DNA of 63,672 bases, filler included, from Octopus bimaculoides (GCF_001194135.2; 3 parts of 2 records of this genome joined end to end with filler, not necessarily neighbours in it), one strand, 5' to 3'; shown: positions 46,618 through 58,445, counted from the whole stretch's first letter. Notes: generated from the sequence alone by a model not told the origin. Numbers and translations are program-made.

Positions 46618-47591
46618 ATGTACATTGAGCTATATAACAGTTTGTCTTATTTAAAACTTTATTTGTATATTGAGAGAGAGAGAGAGAGAGAGAGTTGGTC
46701 ACTAATTTTAGCCAGTTGCGTGACGACGAATATGTTCTCTCCTGGTGACAAAAGTTTAGTAATTGTGACACTTTGGATGGTAGGGCATGTGGATTCAGTG
46801 AAATGGCAAATGTAGGGTTGCACGATTTCGCTCCAGTAGAGACAAGTACTATGCTAGAGGTGACTGTATGAGAGGTAGTCATATTAGTGGTAGTCAAGAC
46901 AATGAACTTCAGTAGAAATGTTAAAGGTGTTCAATGGTATTGACAGAGTATTTATCGAGATGACACTGGAAAGGGAGTATATAATACGGACTAGGCGATG
47001 GTGACAGACATTAAAATATTTATGTTGCCATACTATGGTTGTTGATGATATTGGTAAAGGAAAGACGAATAACACTACCGTTAATGTTGGTAGCAGGGAC
47101 TGGCGGAGATGGTGTTAATAGTATTGACGTTAGTCATAGAAGTTTAGCTATTTAGTTAAAAGGAGGCGTAGATCAATGACGTAGATAATGACAGAAAATT
47201 CGCGATGCAAAGATCAGTTGAGGGATCGAAGTAAAAATACAAAATAATTGTAATAGCTGAAACAATGAGTGCGGAAATTTGTGGATGAAAAGAAAAATAA
47301 CCACACTATCAACATTATCACTACAGCTGCAGCCATCGATGATATCAACAAGAAGAAGAACAACAACAATGATGATGATAATGGTGATGACGGTTATGGG
47401 AACTATAAATTTGCAAAGATTTTAAAATAATTCAATGCGACAAAAAACAAACATAACGGAAATATGCGGCATATGCTGAAAATTAAAATACATTGATAAT
47501 ACACATGTACATTCACACACATATAAAGGAACTACCACGCGCGCGCGCGCACACACACACACACACATGCACACTCACACACACACACTTA

Positions 47592-48255
47592 TTGGGTCAT
47601 CCCATAAATAATGCGATTATTTATACTTATTTTATTTTTCAAAATTAAGATAAAAAAGTTCTTTTTTAATCTAAAATATACTCTTCATTTTCTACAATTC
47701 TTTTCCATCTATCTGGTATTGCAAGGCCCATCTTTCAAAATTCACTTGTTCGTGACGAAAAATTCTCCTCAACTACTGTTCTGACTTCGTCTACCGAATT
47801 CCTAATTTTCTCCATCCCCAAATGATTCTGAAGGTTGCGGAATAAATGATAATCAGATGGGGCAATGTCTGGCGAGATGGTGGGGTATCGTTTCCCATTC
47901 AAACTGCTCCAGCCTTTGGAATGTCATCCTTGCTGTATGTGGCCGAGCATTATCCTGATGGAAGAACACCTTTCATCTTGAAACCAAAGATGGTTGTTTC
48001 CTTCTAGCGCTGACTTAAGCTGTTCAAGCTGCTCGCAGTAGATCTCCTTTGTTATCATTTGGTTTGAGTTTAAAGGTTTAAAGTGGACTAAACTTTTCAT
48101 ATCCCACCAAACAGATAACAACACCTTACGTGGGTGAAGACCTTCCTTAGCCTGAGGTGCTGGTGTTTCTCCTTTCCCTACCCACTCTCTTCGGCGTTTA
48201 ACATTTTTATAGAGAACCTATTTCTCATCACCAATTACTATTCGATCTATATATC
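47592..48255 (-). mobile_element. Mariner (DD34D) transposase pseudogene, catalytic domain to 3' TIR
   Basis: Minus-strand RIVIGDEK*VLY..HPRKVLLSVWWD..FFHQDNARPHTA..SPDIAPSDYHLFRNLQNHL..RWKRIVENE. Terminus TTGGGTCATCCCATAAATAATGCG next to TA at 47590-47591. A different family from 215-767. Confidence 0.92.
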
Positions 48256-48312
48256 AGTAGTAAACGAAAATTGCCCAAAAGCATATACATATATATTTAC
48301 ACACACACATTT

Positions 48313-48508
48313 ATATATATGTATATGCTTTTGGGCAATTTTCGTTTACTACTGATATATAGATCGAATAGTAATTGGTGATGAGAAATAGGTTCTCTAT
48401 AAAAATGTTAAACGCCGAAGAGAGTGGGTAGGGAAAGGAGAAACACCAGCACCTCAGGCTAAGGAAGGTCTTCACCCACGTAAGGTGTTGTTATCTGTTT
48501 GGTGGGAT
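48313..48508 (+). repeat. Apparently exact inverted copy of 48101-48296, continuing into an N gap
   Basis: 196-bp arms separated by a 16-nt loop (48297-48312); no mismatch found by eye. Confidence 0.9.
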
Positions 48509-49010
48509 NNNNNNNNNNNNNNNNNNNNNNNNNNNNNNNNNNNNNNNNNNNNNNNNNNNNNNNNNNNNNNNNNNNNNNNNNNNNNNNNNNNNNNNNNNNN
48601 NNNNNNNNNNNNNNNNNNNNNNNNNNNNNNNNNNNNNNNNNNNNNNNNNNNNNNNNNNNNNNNNNNNNNNNNNNNNNNNNNNNNNNNNNNNNNNNNNNNN
48701 NNNNNNNNNNNNNNNNNNNNNNNNNNNNNNNNNNNNNNNNNNNNNNNNNNNNNNNNNNNNNNNNNNNNNNNNNNNNNNNNNNNNNNNNNNNNNNNNNNNN
48801 NNNNNNNNNNNNNNNNNNNNNNNNNNNNNNNNNNNNNNNNNNNNNNNNNNNNNNNNNNNNNNNNNNNNNNNNNNNNNNNNNNNNNNNNNNNNNNNNNNNN
48901 NNNNNNNNNNNNNNNNNNNNNNNNNNNNNNNNNNNNNNNNNNNNNNNNNNNNNNNNNNNNNNNNNNNNNNNNNNNNNNNNNNNNNNNNNNNNNNNNNNNN
49001 NNNNNNNNNC

Positions 49011-49074
<64 letters not shown>

Positions 49075-49096
49075 TTAATAATAATAATAATAATAA

Positions 49097-49245
49097 CTTC
49101 GAAAAATACCTTACGAATGAGAACCCAGGTTCGAAATTTCCCCAAGACACCTGATGAATGCAGGAGGGTTTGTCACCAGAAACGTTGTGTTAACAACAAA
49201 CAAGATGAGGACAAATATCTGTCAAATGTAAATAATGTAAATAAT
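49097..49245 (+). mobile_element. Penelope-type terminal fragment following an (AAT)n tract
   Basis: Carries the hammerhead motif at 49147-49190, followed by GTTAACAACAAACAAGATGAGGAC. Confidence 0.55.
49147..49190 (+). ncRNA. Minimal type I hammerhead motif with decayed stem II
   Basis: ACAC-CUGAUGA-A-[UGCAG..CACCA]-GAAA-CG-UU-GUGU: stem I, core and ACGU stem III intact; two mismatches in stem II. Confidence 0.6.
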
Positions 49246-49764
49246 GTAAACCTGAGATATAAAGAAATAACAACAACCCAACAATAATAATAATACGACT
49301 GCTTTCCCTCCCAAAGCTTTTAGTCATATCGTAACATCTCTTATCCTTCACTCACCCTAGGACTCTGGGTGTATCTCGGCAAGTATTTGTAACAAACATG
49401 CAAATTGAAAGTAAATATTAATAATATTAATTGTAATAATAAATGAAACTTGTATGCAAAACATTTTTAAAAAGCGGCATCAGGTGTGTAGTTGGCCAAT
49501 TTCAGGAAGCAGAGAAATTTTGAAGGATTTAGCGTCTCGACAGGTAGCAATTCAGTTGCCAGACGCCGGAGCTTTAATGTGTCCATGCCCAGGGAAGCAA
49601 GACGTTCAGAGTATATTAGATATTTGACGGCGGACATTCGTTTGGTTGCACGTTTCTGAACAGTTTCCATGAGACTGATAATCTGAGCAAGATGGTGATT
49701 CCTGACTGGTGATGCAAATTCTAAGTGTGGCACTACCATAGTAATATACAGATTTAAATAGATA

Positions 49765-49982
49765 ATTGATTCAAACATGAACAAGCAAGAACATACACGA
49801 AAAAAAACAACAACAACGCGAGGACGTGGAATAAGTACAGTGTTATTGGACGCTCAGGAAAGGAGAGCAAAGGAAGAGGATTTAACTGTTCGAGCGGATC
49901 TCTTCGTCAGAAATATAGGAAACGCCCAAAAAAAGGGAAGACAGAGAAAGAAAATCGTTAACGATGCACACGCGGCCACATA
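49765..49982 (-). mobile_element. 218-bp hammerhead-bearing insertion with an 11-bp target-site duplication
   Basis: TTAAATAGATA at 49754-49764 and 49983-49993; the CR1 frame resumes across the duplication. Confidence 0.85.
49880..49914 (-). ncRNA. Degenerate minimal type I hammerhead motif
   Basis: AUUU-CUGACGA-A-GAG(AUCCG)CUC-GAACAGUU-AAAU; CUGANGA and stems I and II present, GAAACG region altered. Confidence 0.55.
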
Positions 49983-51075
49983 TTAAATAGATAGCTGGAT
50001 GGCGGCTCACAAAGCTCGTACAGAGTGATGCTAAAACACTCTCAGTTTTCTTGATAAACCTAGTGGTGTGTCCAATATAGATCGTTGTTGACAATAATAC
50101 ACAGTTCTCGTTCACCGCCAGATTTCTTCAGATTGGTGTTATTGAGGGAGTATATAAAGGATAGGTTTTTCCCTTCCAAAGTGCATGGTGACGCACTTAT
50201 CCACAGCTAGCTTGAGTTTCCAGTCAGTAATACCTTGCAGCATTATGTCCAGATCTGATTGCACACCGGTCTTAAAACATTTAGATAACAAGCTAAACCT
50301 GACTAAATTCGGACATAAATGTTATGGGAGAAGAATGAACCACGCACTTTGTATACAGATGACATGATGATTTACTTAGCCTCCGATGAACAACTGGGCA
50401 CACTTTTCCATACAAACATTAGTACAGGAATTGATGTAAAATTCGGTTTATGAATGTTGTTTAGAATTCTAATTGGAAAGATGAAAATATAAAATTAGAT
50501 CACACAGAACACAGACACGGACACATTACATTGAGCTGCGCATAAAATTCATATTGCTTAATGCAAATATCAGTCATCAAAAGCAAAGATATGTGAATAG
50601 GGTAGTTTTTCGTACTCACATACATGCATACATGNNNNNNNNNNNNNNNNNNNNNNNNNNNNNNNNNNNNNNNNNNNNNNNNNNNNNNNNNNNNNNNNNN
50701 NNNNNNNNNNNNNNNNNNNNNNNNNNNNNNNNNNTGTATATATATAGAGAATTAGAATTAACATTGTATATATATATTTATGTATATATATGTGTGTCTG
50801 TGTGTGTGTGTGTGAGTGTGTGTGTGTGTGTGTTTGTATGTGTGTGTCTGTGCGTCTGTGTCTGTGTATACGTATTCAAAATACATTCCTGTACACGAAT
50901 TCAAACACAATCCCCACTACACATACTGTTTCCTTTGTTTGGTTTTAGAATGATTCAAGACGTAGGGAAGACAAATATCCTAGCAAACGTATGAAGAGAA
51001 TAACTACTTGTGCAAGGAAGCTAATGCGGTTACGAGCAGAGCTATATTATGTGTGGTCATAAATATTGCAAACAT

Positions 51076-51170
51076 TTCTTCTTCTTCTTCTTCTTCTTCT
51101 TCTTCTTCTTCTTCTTCTTCTTCTTCTTCTTCTTCTTCTTCTTCTTCTTCTTCCTCTTCCTCTTCTTCTT

Positions 51171-51200
<30 letters not shown>
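51076..51200. repeat. (TTC)n microsatellite
   Basis: Direct inspection; source of poly-S, poly-R and poly-L ORFs. Confidence 0.95.
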
Positions 51201-51201
<1 letters not shown>

Positions 51202-51713
51202 TACTGGTATTTTTATTGTTATTATTAATTCTAACAGTGGTTCTGTGATACCAGATCGAAATTAACAGCAAGGCTATTTAAGTTTCCCCCAAGCTTCTCT
51301 AGGAGCAAAATATGTAGATTTTGCTTTTTTTTTCATACTTACTATGCATTGAATTACAGTATATACTTAAGGCATTTCTCCATCTTCTTTCCAGTCAATA
51401 TATTATCAAATAAATTACATTCAATCGATTTTTGTTCTATTTCCAGGGCACATGTTGACAAAGTAGGACGTTATCGCAAATTGGTACAAAAAAAGATGAC
51501 TAAATATATATGTATGTATGTGCGTGTGTGCGTATGTATATATATATAAATATATCCATATATAATATATATATGCATGTATACATACGCACAAGGACAC
51601 ACACACACATATTCATGCACACCGACAAAGGCACACTGACACATACATATATCTGTATACGTTAGAGATTATATACGCAGGTGGATATACGCACACACGC
51701 ATATATATATGTA

Positions 51714-51760
<47 letters not shown>

Positions 51761-51860
51761 NNNNNNNNNNNNNNNNNNNNNNNNNNNNNNNNNNNNNNNN
51801 NNNNTTAATTAATTAANNNNNNNNNNNNNNNNNNNNNNNNNNNNNNNNNNNNNNNNNNNN
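51761..51860. other. Artificial scaffold linker: 44 N + TTAATTAATTAA + 44 N
   Basis: Identical 100-bp structure to 31226-31325. Confidence 0.95.
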
Positions 51861-52199
51861 CATACCTACAATACATACACATAAATATATAGAGATATAT
51901 CTACATCATAACGTGTATATGCAAACAATCTTTTAAAAATATTGTTCGGTGTGTATAATATTGTAAAATAGGAAATTGTACATTAATTTTATGTAACATA
52001 ATTAAATATGTGTGTAAAAATAAAAGTAAAATTTAAAAAATAAAAAAGAACCCCGGGAAATCTTGGGGTTAAAATTAAATTTTAATTTATAAAACTTTCC
52101 TAAAAATGAAGCTGCAATATACATTAGCGTTGCGATGCAAAATAACTATACCGTGCAAAGTCAAATTCAAATGCGACAGTCAAAAAGTATATTTAGAAA

Positions 52200-52625
52200 G
52201 TCAAAACATTTTACCCTTACAGTATTTCATCAGTTGACATTTTAAATTTTGCGGCGTGCCTGCAGGAATTTAAAAGCTCGCGTCTCTGGTTCAAAGCGTT
52301 TTTATCCTGGTAAAAAATGAAAAACTCTAAGAGGCAAAGATTACATTTTATAGGTCTTTTATAATCTCCATGTCTGTATGCTGATACCTTTTCAAGAATT
52401 TTCCAGGTTACATTGAAAGGACGGGTGTCATTCTCTTTCAATTCCCAGACATGCTTTGCAAGACTATTCGCTGTCCTGTTCTCGGGGTATCGGAGAGATT
52501 CTGTGGGAATAGAATTGAGTCTTGAATGAAGTCTCTGAAGCCCCTGTATACGTTTTATATTCTTGCGAGCCATCTACTTGTACTTTGGCTCTATAAACAA
52601 TACCTATTTTCCTTCCAACAGACAG
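52200..52625 (-). mobile_element. Penelope-like element 3' end: GIY-YIG endonuclease remnant plus hammerhead relic
   Basis: IVYRAKVQ..KTYTGASETSFK.., SLAKHVWELKEN..VTWKIL..CNLCLLE..LNQRRELLNSCRH matches the Penelope GIY-YIG C-terminal pattern. Relic GUCAA-CUGAUGA..AAAAUGUU-UUGAC at 52238-52200. Confidence 0.85.
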
Positions 52626-52752
52626 CAAGTCTCATCTTTGCAGTTTCAGTTCCTCAGATTAGATTTTGTAATAATTTTAATGTTATACTGGCTAATAAAA
52701 TAGCTGATGTATAAAATAGCAGATGTATAAAATAGCATATGCATATGTTTAT

Positions 52753-52929
52753 GTGTCTGTGTTTCTCCACACACCATCGCTTCACAACCGATGTTGGAGT
52801 GTTTACGTCCCCGTAACTTAGCAGTTCAGCAAAAGCGACTGGTAGGATAATCACCTGGGGCGATTCCTTCGACTAAAGACGTTGCTCCAGCATGGCCGCA
52901 GTCAAATGACTGAAACAAGTAAAAGAATA
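52753..52929 (+). mobile_element. SINE family A, 3' half
   Basis: GTGTTTACGTCCCCGTAACTTAGCAGTTCAGCAAAAG..GCTCCAGCATGGCCGCAGTCAAATGACTGAAACAAGTAAAAGAATA. Confidence 0.85.
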
Positions 52930-52944
52930 TATCTTGTGAAGGGG

Positions 52945-53075
52945 ACGACCGGGAAGAATGCTTAGCAGCAGTTCCTTTTGCTTTGAGTTCAAATTCCCCT
53001 AAAGTCGACTTTGCTTTTCATCCTCCCAGGGTCGATAAAAAAGGTACTGGTTCATCTCTGGTATCGATAAAATAG
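52945..53075 (+). mobile_element. SINE family C, degraded
   Basis: AATGCTTAGCAGCA..GAGTTCAAATTCC..GTCGACTTTGCTTTTCATCCTCCCAGGGTCGATAAAA. Confidence 0.7.
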
Positions 53076-53277
53076 AATTCCTATATTAGCGCTATTTATT
53101 GAACATGGTTAAATGGAAGGCAAAAATGGACATGTGACTGGATTTGACATTTTAACGAAGCAACTAAACGTAATTTTATGTTCGAATTAAAATAAAACGA
53201 AATTATTTAGAGTCGGTTGGAAAATATATAAAACGGGTCATAAACGAAATATTCAAGACAATTTTATTTTTAGTACA

Positions 53278-53312
<35 letters not shown>

Positions 53313-53821
53313 AAAAAAAAAAAGCAAAGGAGGAATAGCAGGAAGAGTTAGTATAAAATCTAAGAGTGCTAAGTGAAAATACTTTAAAAGAAATACTATT
53401 AAGATGATGGAAATACGGGAAAATCAATTTGTCTTAGATATGATTTTGGAAATGCAAGATTTTTTTTTTAAATGGAAAAAAAAAAATATACATTAATTTT
53501 GAAAATGTATCGATGGATTTCTTTGAGTTGGTATATTGGGTGTTTATCGTTAATGTTTTCCTTTGAACGGAAATATTNNNNNNNNNNNNNNNNNNNNNNN
53601 NNNNNNNNNNNNNNNNNNNNNNNNNNNNNNNNNNNNNNNNNNNNNNNNNNNNNNNNNNNNNNNNNNNNNNNNNATGGAGGATTCTTTTCTTCAAAAAGTA
53701 GGAAACCAAACATTGTCATACGGCACGAGAATATCAGGAATCAGCTATTTTATCGGCTTTATTTTATTTATTTATTGACTCATTCAGTACGTGGAAATGT
53801 TTTCGCATAAAGCTTTAAATC

Positions 53822-53841
53822 CTTGCTTATAAGCATATAAA

Positions 53842-53920
<79 letters not shown>

Positions 53921-56900
53921 GTTTGACTTTTGCTTTGTATTTGTACAAGTTGACTCCAAGCCTCACCCAGAGACCTCAAGAGTCAACAAGCTAGAAGTTC
54001 ATGTTGGTGTTATGTTGGTTTTGCACATAGTATTGTTCTAGAGAATGTTTACGAAAACAGAAAATTATGAGTTCGTTTTAAAATTTGAGATAACATAGAC
54101 AATATTTTACCTAGGATATGGGCAGTTCCCATGAGCACTATATTTTCAATTTCTGCCGTTTGGGGTTTCCTGGTATCTGAGCTAGGTAGGAATCAACCCA
54201 TTTTACTATCGTTCCTAGAGCACATATGACAACAGGTATTGCTTTAGTCTTCAGGTTCCAAATTTTGCTAATTTCTGTTTCAAGATTCTTAAAATGGCCC
54301 AGTTTTTGGTAGGTCTTGACAGATACCTTAATGTCGATTGAGACAGTCATATCAATGAGGAGGCATGGTTTTTGTCTGAAGTCTTTGAATATTATGTCTG
54401 GCCTATTCGCATCTATCTTTCTATCAGTTTGAACGCTGAAGTTCCAGACAAGCACTGGGAGTGGTTTGTATTCCCACCAGTTTTTATCATGGGGCAGGTC
54501 TAGGATTTTGCAAATTACTCAGTGAATATATTGTGCTGCTCTAACGTGCCTGTTGAGATAGTCTGTAGGTGAAAGAAGACTGCACATGGAATCAATATGA
54601 TCAATGGTTTCATTTTGTTGTTGACATATCCGACATGTTTGGTTACTGCCGTTCTTTATAATATGTTGGCCTGGTAGTACCTTGTAGGTAGGCATATAAC
54701 TTGGGCTGCTATGATAAACCCTTCTGTTTCTGATTTTAAGCCAGAAGACACTAACTATTGATGGGCAAGGGCTTTGTCAACATCGGCACTTTGAGCTCCC
54801 TTTGGGTATTTGCCACTGAGAGGATTTTCTTGTCATTTATCAGTAAAAATATCTAAGGCAAAAGTTTTTAGCACGGGTTTTCATAAGCTTAGCTTTTTCT
54901 GTGATTGTTTCTAGTACATCTAATTCTGGAATTTGTTGTACTTGGAAGTCACTTATATATTCCTTTGCCTGTTTTGTTACTGAGTATGTTGCCTTCTTGT
55001 TTTTATGCTTTGAGTCAAGTTTTAACATCCAGCCACCAGAGTTTTTCACGTAGGCGTCTAGGCCAATTGTGGCAATCTTCATTGTTAATTCCAGTTGTAA
55101 AAGTCCACGGCCATCTTCTGTTCTTGGCAAGTCGTTCTATATCTGTCTTAGGGTGGGGCATTCTATGCATTGTCAACAATTTTCGTATTTTTCTGTCAAG
55201 ATTACATATTTCAGTAACTGACCAGTTAATGATATTGAAATTGTAAGTCACGACCAGTATAGCTAAAGTATTGATCGCTTCGATCCTGTTTCTTGCATTC
55301 AGCTCTGTCTTGATTATTGCTTTTACTCTGCGATAACATTCTCTTCTGATCCTTTCCTTCATCACGGTATGTTTAATTTGCTCCCCTTCAAATACCCCTA
55401 GGTATCTGTAGCTTTCCGCTGGTTGTATCTCTCTTATGACATTCTGCTGGTCAAGATTAAAGTTGGATGTTTCTGTCATTTTTCCCTTTGATCTAGGTAG
55501 CTTTTGCACATTTATCGAGGCCATCGCCTGTAAGCCATGTAGTTGTTGATGATTTTTTGCAGAGAGCTTTAAATCATCCATGTAAATGAGATGATATATA
55601 TTTTTATCAAAAATTTTATAGCCATATTGTACATCATTGAGGAATTTCGAGAGAGCCATTAACGCTAGACAAAAGAGGAGTTGTGATAGAGAGTCACACT
55701 GGAAAATACTACGTGAAATTCTTACATCTCCAGCATTGAGAGATTCATGTCACTGTCCAAAGTCAGTGTGGTTCTCCATGATATCATACTTACAAACAAG
55801 AAATTTTGCAGAGTAGGTGCTATTTTATACATTTCCAGACATTTCTTAATCCAGCTATGTGGTAGACTATCAAAAGCTTTTCTATAGTCTATCGAGGCTA
55901 TCGACAAGTTTCTGTGTCGTTTGTGACAATTTTCCAAGATCATCTTATTGATGAGTAGCTGATCTTTACAACCATAGGACCCACATTTACATTCTCCTTG
56001 TTCATTAGAGAATATGTCACTTTCTATTAAAAAAGTATAAGTATATTCAGACTAGAAAAATTTTAGTATTTCATACATTGTTGTTAAGCAGGTCACAGGT
56101 CTATAATGTTTTGGTTCTTTTATTTCTTCATTTATTGGAAGAAGGAATGTTACACCATTAACTAGCCAAGAGAGAATCATACTAGGTCGTTGTAAAACAT
56201 TGTCGTAAAGTTTTGCTAGCAGTTCATGGCTCTCTGGGAAGGCGTTCAACCAGAAGTTAGGAATTTTATCCTTTCCTGGAGCCTTCCATTTGCCTAACTT
56301 CCTGAGAGCAGATCTTGCATCCTCTACCTTGATACCCTCCCACTTTTGCTCTTCTAAGGAGTCTACGTCTGTGGATATTCTATCAATCCAAGGGATCTTA
56401 CCGTGTATTTTTCTTCTGCCCAAATTTTATTCCAAAATTCCTGCACTTCGTCTTTTGATGCGACAGACTTTATGTAACTGGTAAGTTCCCTATCTTCCTG
56501 TAAAAAAAATTGGGTTATTTTTGAACATGGTGTTCGTGAAGAATCTACGCGCTTTTCGCACCTTGCTATGCGGGCAGCTTTAGCACACACCTTTTGCTTC
56601 ATGGTTTCTATGGTGGTATCGATGTCAAGTATGGTTCTCATATTATAGTTGTCCTTTAATTTTCGGATTTTTGTTGGTTTGATAGTCTTGTCAAACTTAA
56701 GGTTTTTTAAACATTCTATGTCAGACCTAAGGAGCTGAATTTGGTGTTGAATACGCTATTCCCAAGAAGGATTTTTGTGGGGATGTTGTCGTTTTCTAAT
56801 CTTTTCACCACATAGAATCGTTGAGATTTTCGCAGATGCGTAGTACGGGTGGTTGAGATCTGTAATATCAACATCATTAGCTGAAATTATATCCTTAAGT

Positions 56901-57620
56901 GCAAGGTGGATTTTACCAATTACTTTCAGATTTTGGTTAAAGTTGCAAATTTTTGGGAGAGTGTCGCGTTTATTCATACTGGTTTCTTTAATTTTCAGCC
57001 ATTCAATCATGATTTGATTTTATAGATCATGTAGTTCTGTTGAATCAATTTCTGTGTGACTTTCTTCATCTATTTGATTTTCATCTGCCTTAGTGTTTAA
57101 TGTTGGTTCAGAGAGAATTTCACTTTACTTATCAGTTACATTAACTCTTTCAAACATTATTGCATTTTCATCAGCCCTGGGCTGGTCTATAATTATTTCC
57201 TCTGAAGTATCTTCTTTGGCTACAACGTCGTTCCTTTCATCCCTTGCTGATTGTTTAATTTGGTCAATCTCTAATTTAGTTATTAATTTCTTATTGATAA
57301 TGATTCTTCTGACATTGGCAAGTTTGTTACTGTCTATGTAGGGTCTCTTACTTCAAGATGTTCCTCTCTCCAGTTTAAGTAGGTTTGTCTAATATTAGAT
57401 TTATTAGTGGGGAAATGCATGGCATGATAGAGGGCCTTAAGAACGTCTTTATTATCTCTCCTAGACCATTTAAAATTCTTTTTCTTTTGGTTAAGATTCA
57501 CACACACACACACATACACACACACAAATACACGCACACACATATATGGTGCTGGTCAACCTTTTCTCTTCTCTCTTTTCAATTCTGTTCTTTATGTCCA
57601 TTTGAGGATTTCTTCTAGGC
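53822..57620 (-). mobile_element. Near-full-length R4/Dong-clade non-LTR retrotransposon (RT plus REL endonuclease), inactivated, with (TAA)n tail
   Basis: N-terminal KWSRRDNKDVLKALY..SNKLANVRRII. RT motifs KAPGKDKIPNFW, YRPVTCL, DQLLINKMILE..IDYRKAFDSLPH, YMDD (55584-55573) and YRYLG. CCHC knuckle CRICQQQNETIDHI..C. REL NRPDI..CLLID..K. 3'UTR then (TAA)n at 53918-53822. Several frameshifts and stops. Confidence 0.93.
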
Positions 57621-57659
57621 GTTAATCCATCATTCTCCTGTGTGACCCCAATGCTATAT

Positions 57660-57689
<30 letters not shown>

Positions 57690-57694
<5 letters not shown>

Positions 57695-57930
57695 TTCATT
57701 ATCTTCGTCCATCGTTTCAAATTACTGTTGTTTACTTTCGTACGTCCACCCATTTTTTGCTCTAGCCCTAATTCTGCGCAAAACTTGCGGGCGCCACCGA
57801 TAAACGAAATCCCTAGTCTTATCGTTAAAGACATGAAACTAGGTGTTAGTATTTTTCGTTCGATAACTGATGAGGAATTAAGGTCCTGGTGTCTGTCGTA
57901 TGTGTACATTTTGTAGTATTTAATGCATTT
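57690..57930 (+). repeat. Unclassified dispersed repeat, homologous to 39280-39515
   Basis: Shared CGATAACTGATGAGGAATTA block and upstream CTTATCGTTAAAG. Confidence 0.5.
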
Positions 57931-57965
57931 TTCCTATACATACATACATACATACATACATACAT

Positions 57966-58046
<81 letters not shown>

Positions 58047-58289
58047 AGATTGCCCAAAAGCCACACGCAGTAAATCAAAACCATTCAATTCAGAGATTAA
58101 AAGAAATAATATTTTATATGAGACTTCACTAATAAATAGACATATGTTTGAAAAAAAAACCGTGATTTTAACTCACAGAATTCAATTATTAAACATTCAA
58201 AATTGGAATGAATAAATATAATTGAATACTAAATATTTAGGGAATTTTGATTTATTGTTGGGTGACTTTTGTCCAACTCTGAATGCGTC

Positions 58290-58445
58290 AGTTAGAATGC
58301 TTAGTGGCATTTCTCTTGAGTTCAACTTTGCCTGTCATCCTTTCGGAGTCGATAAAAGAAAGTGCAGGTCAAGTTAATTGACTTAATCCTCCTTTTTAAA
58401 GTTGTTACCCTTGTGCTGAATAATTTGAAAACCATTATTATTACG
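58290..58445 (+). mobile_element. SINE family C, degraded
   Basis: AATGCTTAGTGGCATTTC..CTTTGCCTGTCATCCTTTCGGAGTCGATAAAA..CCTTGTGC..(ATT)n. Confidence 0.65.

Larger units (their letters stand above)
49465..50275 (-). mobile_element. CR1-clade LINE RT C-terminal remnant, split by an insertion
   Basis: QSDLDIMLQGITDWKLKLAVDKCVTMHFG..SFVSRHPAIYL [insertion] IYLNLYITMVVPHLEFASPV..ETVQKRATKR..YSERLASLG..LKLRRL. Confidence 0.85.

Noticed and set aside
54840-57010. ORF-track entries of 71-214 aa treated as separate genes
   Set aside because: They are frameshifted pieces of the single R4/Dong retrotransposon ORF.
57860-57895. CTGATGAGGA..TCC as a hammerhead
   Set aside because: No GAAA after the putative stem; part of an unclassified repeat.
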